Assembly (NCBI GenBank): GCA_965367815.1
Contig: CBDUKN010000001.1
Coordinates: forward strand, 64,001 to 128,000
From: an uncultured Thermoprotei archaeon
Lineage (GTDB): Archaea > Thermoproteota > Thermoprotei > Thermofilales > B15-G2
Direction: 5' to 3'
Length of the DNA stretch: 64,000 nt
In this document: positions 1 through 9,224 of the stretch, piece after piece
Position numbering within the stretch: position 1 is the first letter of the stretch
Layout of the letters: each line of letters begins with the position of its first letter
Position numbers and translations under genes: made by a program
The notes under the pieces: generated by a model
What the model was told of the DNA's origin: nothing
Seen by the model: only the letters and a program-made list of their open reading frames with translations
The model's database searches: none

Positions 1-191
1 TCCCTAAACATACTTGTATTTGTCGATAGAGAGGCTTCAAATTATGAGGTATGCACGCAGCGTCCTGAGTATATTGCCTTTTAGTGTGAAGTATTTTCAG
101 AAACATCAGGTATGCAGTCTACTATATGCTATTTACTCTAGCGCTAATCTTTGATACTTATGCTAAAATACTTCGTTCAGGAAAATAAGCC

Positions 192-1393
192 GTGGAAGAA
201 AAGAGCTTACTAGAAGTCTATGAGAGTAAGTCAGCCTTAAGAGGTTTCATAACTCCTCTTTTTGAAGAAGGATTTACTATAGCAAATATAGCTGCATCTA
301 TTCTTGCTGGCGCTGAATGTGATGTGTCTTTACCCCCGCTTTCTGGTGAAGTACTAGAGCCTGAAGTGTTTAATAAAAATAAAATAGCATTAATTATAGT
401 AGATTCCCTTAGATATGATTATGCAGTAAAATATTCAAGTAAAATACCTCGCATAGAAGTTAGATCCATTCTATCTACAGCGCCTTCAACAACAGTCACT
501 GCTCTAACAAGTATATCTTATGCTTCATCACCTTTTCTACACGCTATGCTAGGCTATAAAATGTTTTTAAAAGAGTACGGTGGAGTAGTAAGAATACTTG
601 ACTTTACTTCAGCGGCTGTTTCTCAAAAAGAGTCTCTTAAAGACTCACTTGTAGATCTTTCAAAATTAGTAGACGAAAAAACAATTTTTGAGAAACTCTC
701 TGAGAAAATTATAAAACATTCTTTCTAGTAAGAAAAGGACTCTGCGATACGAGTTTTACGAGGTTGCTGTCTAAAGGTGCCATTTGTCAAGAATATTTCA
801 CTTTACCTCAAATGTTTGTTAAAATAGCTAAGCTCCTAAGAGACCACGAAAAAGTGTTTATTTACGCATATTATGGGGCTCTAGACGCTATTAGCCACGA
901 AAACGGTCCTTTCTCAGAGGAATACAGAAGAGAAGCAGAAAACGTCTTTTATTGGATAAAAGTATTCATAGAAGAATTGGCGCCAGAAAAAGACTATACA
1001 TTGCTAATTACGGCTGACCATGGGCAGATATCGATTTCAGAGCATCATATAATTGATATTCGCGCGCTGAATCTATATAAAGAGCTTAAAGTGCCTCCTT
1101 TCGGCGAAAGCCGCTTCACATACTTTATTGCTGAAAAAGAGTTTCTGTTCGAAGGCCTAGAGAATATAGCTGAAGTATACACTATAAAGGAGCTTGCAGA
1201 GAAAAAAGTATTTGGAGAAAAGTTCTCCGAGAAATTCTGGGAAAGAGCAGGGACTTATGTTGCTTTAGCTCTCGAAGACTATTGTCTAGTACATCCTTTT
1301 ACTAAAAAGGACTTGGAGTTTAAGCCAAAAGGACACCACGGGGGATTAAGTAAAGAAGAAATGATAGTACCATTAATGAGTCTAGTAGCTTAA
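192..1393 (+). pseudogene. Alkaline phosphatase superfamily / type I phosphodiesterase-nucleotide pyrophosphatase, split by one frameshift near 720
   Basis: ORF 192-728 has LIIVDSL and PSTTVTALTS; ORF 764-1393 has LDAISH, LITADHGQ and GHHGG. Shifting frame at ~720 reads through as FLVRKGLCDTSFTRLLSKG. Could be a real lesion or an assembly error. Confidence 0.75.
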
Positions 1394-2383
1394 AGGCAGT
1401 TTAACTGGCTCTCCTTTCTTATGCGACTCGTAGGCAGCGAGAGCAATTTCTAGTGCTTGGCGTCCATCCCAGCCGCTAGCTTTGGGTTCTTTGTCTTCTT
1501 CTATGCACTTAATGAAGTCTTTTATCATTTCTTTGTCACAGTCGGGGCCGAAGTAAATCCACTTCAGTGTTTCGCCTTTAGAAGCCAAAGTTATACATGA
1601 ACGGAAAGCATCTACGAGAATGTATCCTTCTGTACCGAATATGCCTAAGTAGACGTCACCCCATATAGGCCAGTTGTCAGGTCTGCTCCAGCTGCAGTCA
1701 ATGCTTCCGAGAACACCTTTTCTGAACTTCAGTAGAATGAGAGCATTATCTTCTGAGAGTAGTTCGGGCCTAATGTTTACTCCTATTTTAGCATAAACTG
1801 TATCAACTTCATCTCCAGTATACCAGCGCATGAGGTCAGCTGTATGTACAGTGTGATCCATTACTGCTCCGCCGCCAGCAAGCTTAGGGTCAGCGAACCA
1901 GAGTCCAGGGTATTTGCCGTGGTTAGTAGTAGTTATAGCCAGTATTTCGCCTATTTCGCCTCTATCAATTAGTCTCTTAACTTCAACTGTTGTCTCGTGG
2001 TAGCGCATAACGAAGGCTGTCTGAAGCTTAACTCCATGCTTTCTAGCTGCTTCAATCATTTCGTCGGCATCCTTCAGTGTTGTAGCGAGAGGCTTTTCAC
2101 ATATAATGTGTTTTCCGTGTTCGGCTGCCGCGATGACTAAGTCGTGGTGCTTAGCATTTTCTGAAGCAACTATTACTGCATCTATATTTTCTTTCTCTAA
2201 GAGCTTATAGTAGTCACTATACTTTTTATCAACCTTATATGTTTCGGCAGCTTTCGCTAATCTATCAGGGTCGTCATCATATATGGCGGCTAGCTCTGCA
2301 TTAGGTAGTTCTTTAAGTACCCTGGCGTAGCTCCAAGCATGAATATGTGCAAAAGACAATATAGCGAACTTATGCACTTTCAT
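1382..2383 (-). CDS. Gfo/Idh/MocA family NAD(P)-dependent oxidoreductase
   Basis: HIICEKPLA, GGGAVMDHTVH motifs; GAGGTGA SD before ATG. Confidence 0.9.
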   Translation of the reverse strand: MKVHKFAILSFAHIHAWSYARVLKELPNAELAAIYDDDPDRLAKAAETYKVDKKYSDYYKLLEKENIDAVIVASENAKHHDLVIAAAEHGKHIICEKPLATTLKDADEMIEAARKHGVKLQTAFVMRYHETTVEVKRLIDRGEIGEILAITTTNHGKYPGLWFADPKLAGGGAVMDHTVHTADLMRWYTGDEVDTVYAKIGVNIRPELLSEDNALILLKFRKGVLGSIDCSWSRPDNWPIWGDVYLGIFGTEGYILVDAFRSCITLASKGETLKWIYFGPDCDKEMIKDFIKCIEEDKEPKASGWDGRQALEIALAAYESHKKGEPVKLPLSY

Positions 2384-3390
2384 GGTATCACCTCTTCAGA
2401 TAGAGGGAGTTTGACAGGTTTACCTTCTTTCAAAGACTTTAAAGCAGCTAAAACTACTTCAAGAGTCTTTTTGGCTTCTTCGCCTGACACTAGAGGCTCT
2501 TTATCTTCTTTAACACATTCAATGAAGTGTTTTAACTCAAGGAAGTAGGCATCTTCGGTCTGAGGAATAAAGTCTACACACGAGTTTTTCTTGAATACTT
2601 TAAGTGAAGCTGTATAATGGTTGTCTACTGTAAGAAGTCCCTCTGTTCCAGCGATCTCAAAATATGTTGTGAATGGAAAGCCTTCAGGCATAATCCAGCT
2701 TCCTTCGACATAAGCAATTGCACCCGACTTGAACTTAAGTAGCGCGTGAACATAGTCTGGGGCAGTAGAGTCCTTATATAGAAGAACTCCTCCCTGCGCG
2801 TAAATCTCTTCTACTTCTCCTAAAAGCCAGCGCAGGAAATCAACGTCGTGTATGCTCATGTCAACAAACACTCCTCCACCTAATTCGAGTTTCTTGTGCC
2901 ATGGAGCCCACATAGGAAAACTGGACTGCCTATAGGCTCTCGCTATTCTAGGCTCACCTATAGCACCTGATTCAACAAGCTCTTTTACTCTAACATACTC
3001 GGGCCAGAATCTAAGACAGTGAGCTACCATAAACTTTAAGCCCTTTTTCTTAGCAGTATTAATCATTTCATCTGCATCCTTCAGCCTCAAGGCAATAGGT
3101 TTCTCGCATACAACATGTTTGCTGGACTTCAGTGCTGCGACAGCAATCTCGCAGTGAGTATATGTTGGAGTACATATATCAACTACATCAATATCCTTCA
3201 TCTCAATGACTTTAGTGTAGTCAGTGTACCATTTATCTACCTTAAAGGTTTCAGCAGCTTTACGTGCTCTCTCCTCAATAATGTCGACGACAGCCGCGAC
3301 CTCAACATCTTTTATCTGCTTAAGCGAAGGAAGATGTTCTGCATTCGCTATAAAACCACAGCCAATCACGGCTACTCTGATTTTACTCAT
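2380..3390 (-). CDS. Gfo/Idh/MocA family oxidoreductase (start moved to MSKIRVAVIGCG)
   Basis: Rossmann GCGFIA, CEKPIA, GGGVFVDMSIHDVD; 4-bp overlap with the paralogue downstream. Confidence 0.9.
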   Translation of the reverse strand: MSKIRVAVIGCGFIANAEHLPSLKQIKDVEVAAVVDIIEERARKAAETFKVDKWYTDYTKVIEMKDIDVVDICTPTYTHCEIAVAALKSSKHVVCEKPIALRLKDADEMINTAKKKGLKFMVAHCLRFWPEYVRVKELVESGAIGEPRIARAYRQSSFPMWAPWHKKLELGGGVFVDMSIHDVDFLRWLLGEVEEIYAQGGVLLYKDSTAPDYVHALLKFKSGAIAYVEGSWIMPEGFPFTTYFEIAGTEGLLTVDNHYTASLKVFKKNSCVDFIPQTEDAYFLELKHFIECVKEDKEPLVSGEEAKKTLEVVLAALKSLKEGKPVKLPLSEEVIP

Positions 3391-3615
3391 TCTCTCTATA
3401 GAAAAATCAGCATTAAGTAAAATAAAACTTATCACATTATAAGAGAAAGCACACAAGCCTATCTTTAATCAATGTCTTCCCAACTAAGACAAATTAAAGC
3501 TAAATATTTGTCAATACTGCTATCCTCTTATTTAGTACTTTCGCTAAAATATAATAGGCGTCTAAAGAGTAGAGTAAGACAATACTACAGCAGCAAACGC
3601 GATACAAATCTAAAA

Positions 3616-3672
3616 AACATCAGTCGGTTTGGTGCTCTTCACAAATCCGTTCGTCGCAGGGTCATCATCTAG
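3616..3672 (-). ncRNA. Box C/D methylation guide sRNA
   Basis: Minus strand AUGAUGA (C) - CCCUGCGACGAA - CGGA (D') - UUU - GUGAAGA (C') - GCACCAAACCGA - CUGA (D): canonical archaeal spacing with two 12-nt guides. Confidence 0.85.
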
Positions 3673-3866
3673 TAGTCTAAATCTAAATCGAGGATAATTA
3701 ATTTTTCAGCAAGTTCTGTCATAGTGTTCTAGGCAGAAGACAATATAGCTAAAGGCTGCAGTCCAATACACTAAAGACTAGGTAAGTTCTCTGAATGAAA
3801 AATACATTTGCCTAATATACTAATACAATGGTCAAATCAACTTAGATAATACGTAAAAATGCCCGT

Positions 3867-3881
3867 AGAAAGCTATATATA
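3867..3881 (+). promoter_or_regulatory. BRE/TATA promoter for the 3904-4054 RNA
   Basis: AGAAAG followed by CTATATATA, centred ~26 nt upstream of the first paired G (3904). Confidence 0.6.
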
Positions 3882-3903
3882 TTTTGGAAACAAGTATAAT
3901 AAC

Positions 3904-4054
3904 GCCGGGCGCGGGAGCACGCCCCGCCTAAACCCACTAAGTCCCGCGGCTCCGGTACCACGCCGAGACCCCTCCCTTCGGGGAGGAGTCCCGGCAAGGT
4001 ACCGAAGCACGCAGGGACTCAGTGGGGAACGGTGGGGCTTAAACCGCGCCCGGC
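3904..4054 (+). ncRNA. Unclassified 151-nt GC-rich rod-shaped structured RNA with a BHB-like motif near its base
   Basis: Perfect 11-bp terminal helix 3904-3914/4044-4054, near-continuous pairing up to a C(UUCG)G tetraloop at 3977-3980, sharp GC island in AT-rich DNA, TATA upstream and T6 tract immediately downstream. Function unknown. Confidence 0.8.
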
Positions 4055-4060
4055 TTTTTT
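4055..4060 (+). terminator. Oligo-T archaeal terminator
   Basis: TTTTTT directly after the RNA's closing helix. Confidence 0.55.
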
Positions 4061-4070
4061 ATTAACGGAA

Positions 4071-4721
4071 TTAAAGTTCAGAAGAGAATATGTTTTTGAC
4101 ATATTTGCAATAATAACTAACAGCGTCTACTTCTATTATCTTTAATTCATCTACGTTAATTATGTAAATGTAGTCTATTTTTGCTTTTATTAGTTCGTCA
4201 AGCGATATAGGTGGAGACTTATAGTAATTATCTAGTAGCATTTTTATTTTCTTTAATTCTTCTACATTTCTCTGCGAACTAGGTAAAGTGAATTCATAGG
4301 GTATTTGAAGAATATGATAAGGTGGAGTTGCTAGAATGAATATGTCTGCATATTTACTGTACCTAGCTATTTTGCTTATTTCGCGTGCGCGCCTATAGTT
4401 AACTGGGTCTACCGAATTAGATGGAGGTACAAATCCCGTTTCTATTTCAACAATATATTTGAGGCCGTCTTTTTCGGCGTAAATATCGCAAACAAGGCTT
4501 TCTTCAAGCTCCTTTTCGACTTCAACATTCATTCCTTTGTTCAAGAGATATTTAGCTATAATAAACTCCATAACTGAATGATTCGATTTAACGAAGCCTT
4601 TCATCCACATTTCAACGAGCTTAGTTTTGATTTCTTCAAGTTTCTCGACTACTTTATGGTCAAGCTGACCATCGAGTTTAGTCATTATTAAGTCAAGGTC
4701 GTCGGCTAAGGTCTTAGGCAT
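4071..4721 (-). CDS. Hypothetical protein with putative PD-(D/E)XK restriction-endonuclease-like fold
   Basis: VEVEKEL...LVCDIYAEK..KYIVEIETG pattern (E...D...ExE) resembles the PD-(D/E)XK core. Confidence 0.6.
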   Translation of the reverse strand: MPKTLADDLDLIMTKLDGQLDHKVVEKLEEIKTKLVEMWMKGFVKSNHSVMEFIIAKYLLNKGMNVEVEKELEESLVCDIYAEKDGLKYIVEIETGFVPPSNSVDPVNYRRAREISKIARYSKYADIFILATPPYHILQIPYEFTLPSSQRNVEELKKIKMLLDNYYKSPPISLDELIKAKIDYIYIINVDELKIIEVDAVSYYCKYVKNIFSSEL

Positions 4722-4999
4722 TCAGAAGGAACTAAGTCTTATTTAAAGAAAAATGTATCAGATAAAATACGAATCCCACATAGTTCGACAGTTGTAGAAA
4801 CTCGAGAATTCATGGGCGAGAACCACTGTCCTCACCTAGCTTCGCAGAGGAGAACATTAGACGAGCTATAGAGATTATTGAATTTAAAATTTGGTACTAA
4901 AGGCTTCTAGCTTTAGTCTCAAGTCTATGTAGCTACTCACAAATGTTTAGCAGACATTATGAAAACTTATTAACTGCTAGCTAGTACAATTACAGGAAA

Positions 5000-5599
5000 A
5001 TGCAGACAGAGACTCTAGTGAGCTTAATCAGCATAATTGTTACCATTATAGGGTCAACAGCATCAATAGCCTACTGGCTAGGCAAAAAATTTGCTGAAAT
5101 AGATAAAAAGTTTTTTGATGAAATAAATAGGAAATTTGGTGAGATAGATAAGAAATTTAATGAAATAGATAAAAAGTTCAGTGAAATAGATAAGAGGTTT
5201 GCCGAGATAAATGAAGAGTTCAGTAAGGTTCATGAAGAAATAAAAGCTATTGATAGGAAAGTAGAGAGCATTACTAAAGCTACTCGAGACCAACTAGAAT
5301 TCTTCTCAGAATTCCTAGGATTCAGAGGTATCTTTACAGACAAAGACGTAGCCTTCGTTAAAAGCGAACTACAAAGACTCTCAGCTCGAGCAGTAAACCC
5401 TCTAACTAAAGAAGAATTAAAGAGAATTAGAGAGCTCATCGAAAAAGACGAGCTAACATTCGAGGAAGCAGATGAGCTCAGAGAACTAGCGAGAAAATTC
5501 GTCGACGAATACTGGCACATACCAGGTGCACACAAACTACTCATATATGCATCAATAATGAGAGGAATAGCCATGAGAAAACAGAAAACAACCAAGTAG
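5000..5599 (+). CDS. Membrane-anchored coiled-coil protein with FxEIDKK heptad repeats
   Basis: N-terminal hydrophobic helix, 7 heptad repeats, helical C-terminus. Confidence 0.75.
   Translation: MQTETLVSLISIIVTIIGSTASIAYWLGKKFAEIDKKFFDEINRKFGEIDKKFNEIDKKFSEIDKRFAEINEEFSKVHEEIKAIDRKVESITKATRDQLEFFSEFLGFRGIFTDKDVAFVKSELQRLSARAVNPLTKEELKRIRELIEKDELTFEEADELRELARKFVDEYWHIPGAHKLLIYASIMRGIAMRKQKTTK
5090..5239 (+). repeat. Intragenic tandem 21-bp repeats (7 degenerate units plus one extra codon)
   Basis: TTTGCTGAAATAGATAAAAAG / TTTGGTGAGATAGATAAGAAA / TTTAATGAAATAGATAAAAAG / TTCAGTGAAATAGATAAGAGG etc. Confidence 0.85.
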
Positions 5600-5800
5600 C
5601 TCTAATCACCTGCTCTTTTACGAACATAAGCACACTCCTATCGCTTTAATCTCCTTTAAACAGTCTCTGTAACAAAAATGCTTGAAACCAAGAATATCTT
5701 AAATTTACTGAAGTGAACAGTTCTGAAACTCAACTCGACTACACAGCTTTACTTACTTAACCACAAATATATACTATTTAAACTTGTTATTAACATAGTT

Positions 5801-7166
5801 ATGAGCTCAGAGTGGACCAAGCTAACTGTAGAGGATCTGGGACCCATATCCCATGCAGAAATCACAATTAGGCCGGTAACAGTTATAATAGGCAAAACTG
5901 TTTCGGAAAATCGCTTCTAATAAATCTAGCATACTTACTCTCCGATACACTACCCGATCTCTCCCAATTAAGAAGAGAAGTCGGCCAAGAGGCCGATAGA
6001 CTTGCTGAACAGGCTTACAGCGCAATTAAGGCAGAGAATGCTCATGAATTAGCTAAAGCTCTTTCCAAAATGCTCTACGTTTACTTTAGAAAACTCGACC
6101 CCGCTATAAAGGAGAATCTCACTAGTCGATTTAAAGAGTTTTTCAATGTTAGAGAAATAGCCGATCTATTTAGAGGACATATAATAGTCAAGAATTCTCC
6201 TCTCTCATACTTTATTAAAGCAGAGAAAAGTAAGCTTGCAGTAAAGTTCAGCGGATACGAGGAGCTTGAAGTATATGTGAAAAATATTGAGCAAGAGCGT
6301 TTAGAGACTTTTCTCCTAGACGTAGGATTACGATGCGAGAAAAGCGGTGAAGAGCTTAGGTCTTTTCCCTATAGAGTCGAGGATCCAGCAGATATTCATT
6401 CACTAGTTGGTGTACACTTACTTCCCTATGCATTACTTTATTTATATCCACTTAGCTTTGGAGTCAGTAAACCGTTCCTCCTTACCGATAGTAGAGCTGG
6501 AATTCTGAGGCTAGCCAGAACCGCTGTAGCAACTACACTTGAATATGGTCGGCTACTTGTGCCAGCTAGAGAATCTGCTTTTTTAGCAGCTTATAACAGA
6601 TTAGCAGTAAGGTTCAGAGAGAAAGGACCTTTAAAAGAACTTGAAAAACCATTCAAGAAGTTTCTAGCTGAAATAGGATTAAAGAACATCGAGGTCAGAC
6701 TAATAGGCGGGTACCCCGAAATATACGTTGAAGATATATGGGGTAAGAAGCTTCCACTAGAGGAGTGCCCAGGCGGAGTCAGAGAATCTTTGTCTGCTGC
6801 ACTAGCCCTTGTTACAGAAGATAAAGGCTTAGAAGCACTTTTCATTGAGGAAATAGAGTCTCATATACATCCTAGGGCATAAAATTACTTGATAGAGCTT
6901 GCTTGGAAAGCGGTGTTGAGTAGAATGAATAAAAAATTGATGTTTCTCATAATGACTACTCATAACCCTATAGCCTTGTCGAAGCTCAATAACTTGATAC
7001 TGAAAACTGGTGAAAAAGGTTATGATCTAGTAACTATAGTTCACTTGAGAGAAGTCAACGGTGCTGTAGAGTCAGAGGAGCTGGAAGTAAGCGAGAAAGG
7101 GTTTGATGAAAGCGGCTAAGTGAGATATTTGTGGAGCTTTTAGAGGAGAGAGGCGAACTAGTGTGA
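5801..7166 (+). pseudogene. ABC/AAA_15-AAA_21-type ATPase, inactivated
   Basis: Start MSSEWTKLTVEDLGPISHAEITIRPVTVIIGK; frameshift in Walker A (GKNCFGKS); signature-like PGGVRES; Walker B FIEEIESHIHP then in-frame TAA at 6880-6882; IMTTHNP; further frameshift near 7115. Confidence 0.8.
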
Positions 7167-7554
7167 TTTTGAGGCCTATTAAACGCGAAATCAGAGTCAA
7201 GCAAATAGTATTAGATAAGTGCAATGAAGAGCCTTACACAGAGCTAAAGAAAAGTGGTAAATACGTAGACGAGCTAGTAGTACTACCCGACGAAAGCGTA
7301 GTCGTCGAGCACACCGAGTGGCCTACAGCACACGAAGGAGCCCAAGCACTAGCAAGCTTCAGAAAACTCGTAGAAATAGGAATAAAAGTAGCTGCAATCG
7401 TAGTCGTAGGAAAAAGAGGCTTCGACAAGAGAGACAAAGGACTCATAGCATAGGCACTGAGTCAGTAAGCTTAAAGCATCACATACCCGTTTTCCTTAAA
7501 AGAGCAGGACAAACTCTAAGCATTAAATCAATTAAGTTCATCATACTAAATTGA
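7163..7554 (+). pseudogene. Small nuclease-like partner of the ATPase (PD-(D/E)XK-like), interrupted by a stop and a frameshift
   Basis: GTGA overlap with the ATPase stop; KYVDELVV...VVVEHT pattern; TAG at 7451-7453, with the coding-like sequence continuing in another frame to 7554. Confidence 0.45.
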
Positions 7555-7769
7555 ATTCATTTAAAAGCATTTAAATACATTAATCTCTATTTATAGTTTA
7601 GTTAAGCATAACACTTTTCGAAATAGCCCAGTAAAGTATTCTACTAAGCTTAGTTTTACTAGGATAAAAATTGCTCTTATTAGAATTAATGCAAGTTATT
7701 TCTCGTAAAATGGAGTATTTTTGAGTTAGATAAATTAGATTGTTTGCTATATCTAAATGTACTCAAAGT

Positions 7770-8099
7770 TTATTTTATGATTTCGACATTGAGTGTTGAT
7801 ATTTCAGCTATATCTAGGAAATCTTCGTCTTTTGTTACTAGTTTTTCTTGTCTGTTTACGCATATAGCTGCTATCAGTAGATCCGCGAAGCTTTTCGGTT
7901 TTCCTAGCTTAAGTAGTTTTTCTTGCAGCTTATAGGCTGTGAAGAAGTCCTTGATCTTTGGAAATATAACATCCCCAGTGAAGTGCCTGTACTCCAAGAT
8001 TTTTGGGAATTCCACCATCGTTACGGCGGTAATTGACTCTCTTATTTTTTCTCCCTTTTTTACTTTCTCTATCGCTACGCTTGTGTCGAGTACAACCAT
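7770..8099 (-). CDS. vapC: PIN-domain VapC toxin
   Basis: VVLDTSVAI, TMVEF, SFADLLIAAIC, LVTKDEDF acidic PIN motifs. Confidence 0.9.
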   Translation of the reverse strand: MVVLDTSVAIEKVKKGEKIRESITAVTMVEFPKILEYRHFTGDVIFPKIKDFFTAYKLQEKLLKLGKPKSFADLLIAAICVNRQEKLVTKDEDFLDIAEISTLNVEIIK

Positions 8100-8293
8100 T
8101 TTATCCTATCCCTTTCTCTCTTTCTTATGCTTTCAAATAATTCTGCTTCTATGTGTTCTCTTGTCTCAATTCCTAGAATTTCTCTAATTTCATCTGCACT
8201 AATTCTATCTCTCATACCGAAAATAATTAGCAAAGTTTTCTTTACTTCTTCTTCACTCACCCATTCCGGTACTTCAATCGTTATTTTCTTCAC
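8075..8293 (-). CDS. Antitoxin for VapC (start moved to GTG, MKKITIEVPEWVSEEEV)
   Basis: Small ORF overlapping the vapC start; TTTAAA box ~25 nt upstream. Confidence 0.75.
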   Translation of the reverse strand: MKKITIEVPEWVSEEEVKKTLLIIFGMRDRISADEIREILGIETREHIEAELFESIRKRERDRIKWLYSTQA

Positions 8294-8370
8294 GCATAAA
8301 GTATCATAGCTGCCGTATTTAAAGACAGCGATAGATAATGAAACAATATACTTAAGCTTGACCATTACCT

Positions 8371-8390
8371 GCTCCCTTAATCTTGGGCTA
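8371..8390. repeat. Junction motif GCTCCYTTAATC, copy 1
   Basis: GCTCCCTTAATCTTGGGCTA, just past the mazF stop. Confidence 0.7.
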
Positions 8391-8396
8391 TTAAAG

Positions 8397-8729
8397 CTAG
8401 ATTGTGAGGAGAGTTTTTATTTTCTTGTTGACTTTTTCTCTAAAGTGTTGGGGGAGGGTCCCTATTTTCCCTGCTACTAGGCTTTTGTGTATTGTTGCTA
8501 TTTTGTCTAGCCTTATGATTGATGAGACTTTAAGCCCTGTTTCTTCGAATCCAGGGTCTTCTTTTCTTATGATTACCGATGTTTTAGGATCATATTTTTC
8601 GAGTCTCGATGAGATGAATGCTAGAACGATGTCTCTTTTACCTTCGTAGAGCACTAGTGCTGGTCTAAGTTTTCTGCCTTTGAGGTCTGTAAAAGGAAAG
8701 TATACTAAAACTATGTCACCTTTTGACAT
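8397..8729 (-). CDS. mazF: PemK/MazF family endoribonuclease toxin
   Basis: KGDIVLVYFPFTD...KLRPALVL, AFISS, GLKVSSIIRLDKIATI, IGTL. Confidence 0.9.
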   Translation of the reverse strand: MSKGDIVLVYFPFTDLKGRKLRPALVLYEGKRDIVLAFISSRLEKYDPKTSVIIRKEDPGFEETGLKVSSIIRLDKIATIHKSLVAGKIGTLPQHFREKVNKKIKTLLTI

Positions 8730-8916
8730 CTTCTTCACTATAGAGGTCTGGCTCAGATTCTAGGAATTCTTTAAGCGATTCTTCTTGTAGTTTTAGCAAT
8801 CCATATTCTTCTAAAATATCTCTTAAAATCTCCTTTCTTGTTGCAAGAACTCGGCAAACTAGCTCGACTTCTTCTTCACTTACCCATTCTGGCACTTCAA
8901 TTGTAATCTTCTTCAT
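8716..8916 (-). CDS. Antitoxin for MazF
   Basis: Overlaps the mazF start; acidic tail LQEESLKEFLESEPDLYSEED; N-terminus identical to the VapC antitoxin. Confidence 0.75.
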   Translation of the reverse strand: MKKITIEVPEWVSEEEVELVCRVLATRKEILRDILEEYGLLKLQEESLKEFLESEPDLYSEEDVKR

Positions 8917-8972
8917 AAGGTATAACTGCTAGTCTTGGTTTAAAAGCGTTGCTGTAATCAAGGTGCTTAACC

Positions 8973-8990
8973 GCTCCTTTAATCCCGCTA
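8973..8990. repeat. Junction motif, copy 2
   Basis: GCTCCTTTAATCCCGCTA, abutting the relE-remnant stop. Confidence 0.7.
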
Positions 8991-9224
8991 TATTTCTTTG
9001 CATGCCTTTCCTCTTTCAGCAATTACCAATATTACTACTTCTTTTCTGCCCATTTGACTTAACATATTATCCTTAGCTTTCCTATTCTGATTCCGTAGAG
9101 GTTCCAATAGCCTTCAGCTTGACTGTGCCGTATTCTCTAAAAGATATTGGATTTCTTTTTAGTATTTGAAAAATTTCGAGAAGTTTACTTCTATACTGTT
9201 GATTTTGAGTCTAAAGCTTTCCAT
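8988..9224 (-). pseudogene. relE: RelE/ParE-family toxin remnant
   Basis: Joined across frameshifts: ILKRNPISFREYGTVKLK(G)YWNLYGIRIGKLRIIC*VKWAEKK..VILVIAERGKACK, which matches the RelE YRIRIGxxRII...RGKAYK pattern. Confidence 0.7.

Noticed and set aside
3904-3914. 5' GCCGGGCGCGG is identical to the start of human 7SL/Alu RNA, suggesting SRP RNA or contamination
   Set aside because: Similarity stops after 11 nt; there is no SRP helix-8 motif or Alu-domain loops, and the RNA is about half the length of an archaeal SRP RNA
3921-4042. 122-nt predicted circle as a (permuted) 5S rRNA, or the RNA as a reduced RNase P RNA
   Set aside because: Unbranched fold; lacks the 5S CCGAAC/GAAGUUAAGC motifs and the RNase P GAGGAAAGUCC region
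3859-4065. 68-aa ORF spanning the rod RNA
   Set aside because: Pro/Arg/Gly-rich by-product of GC-rich structured sequence; it starts upstream of the TATA box
5090-5239. 21-bp periodic repeats as a CRISPR or guide array
   Set aside because: In-frame, degenerate at synonymous positions, no spacers; they encode heptads
7725-7768. TTAGAT...CTATATCTAAA as an archaeal dif/Xer site
   Set aside because: Only one arm fits; the 11-6-11 spacing is not satisfied
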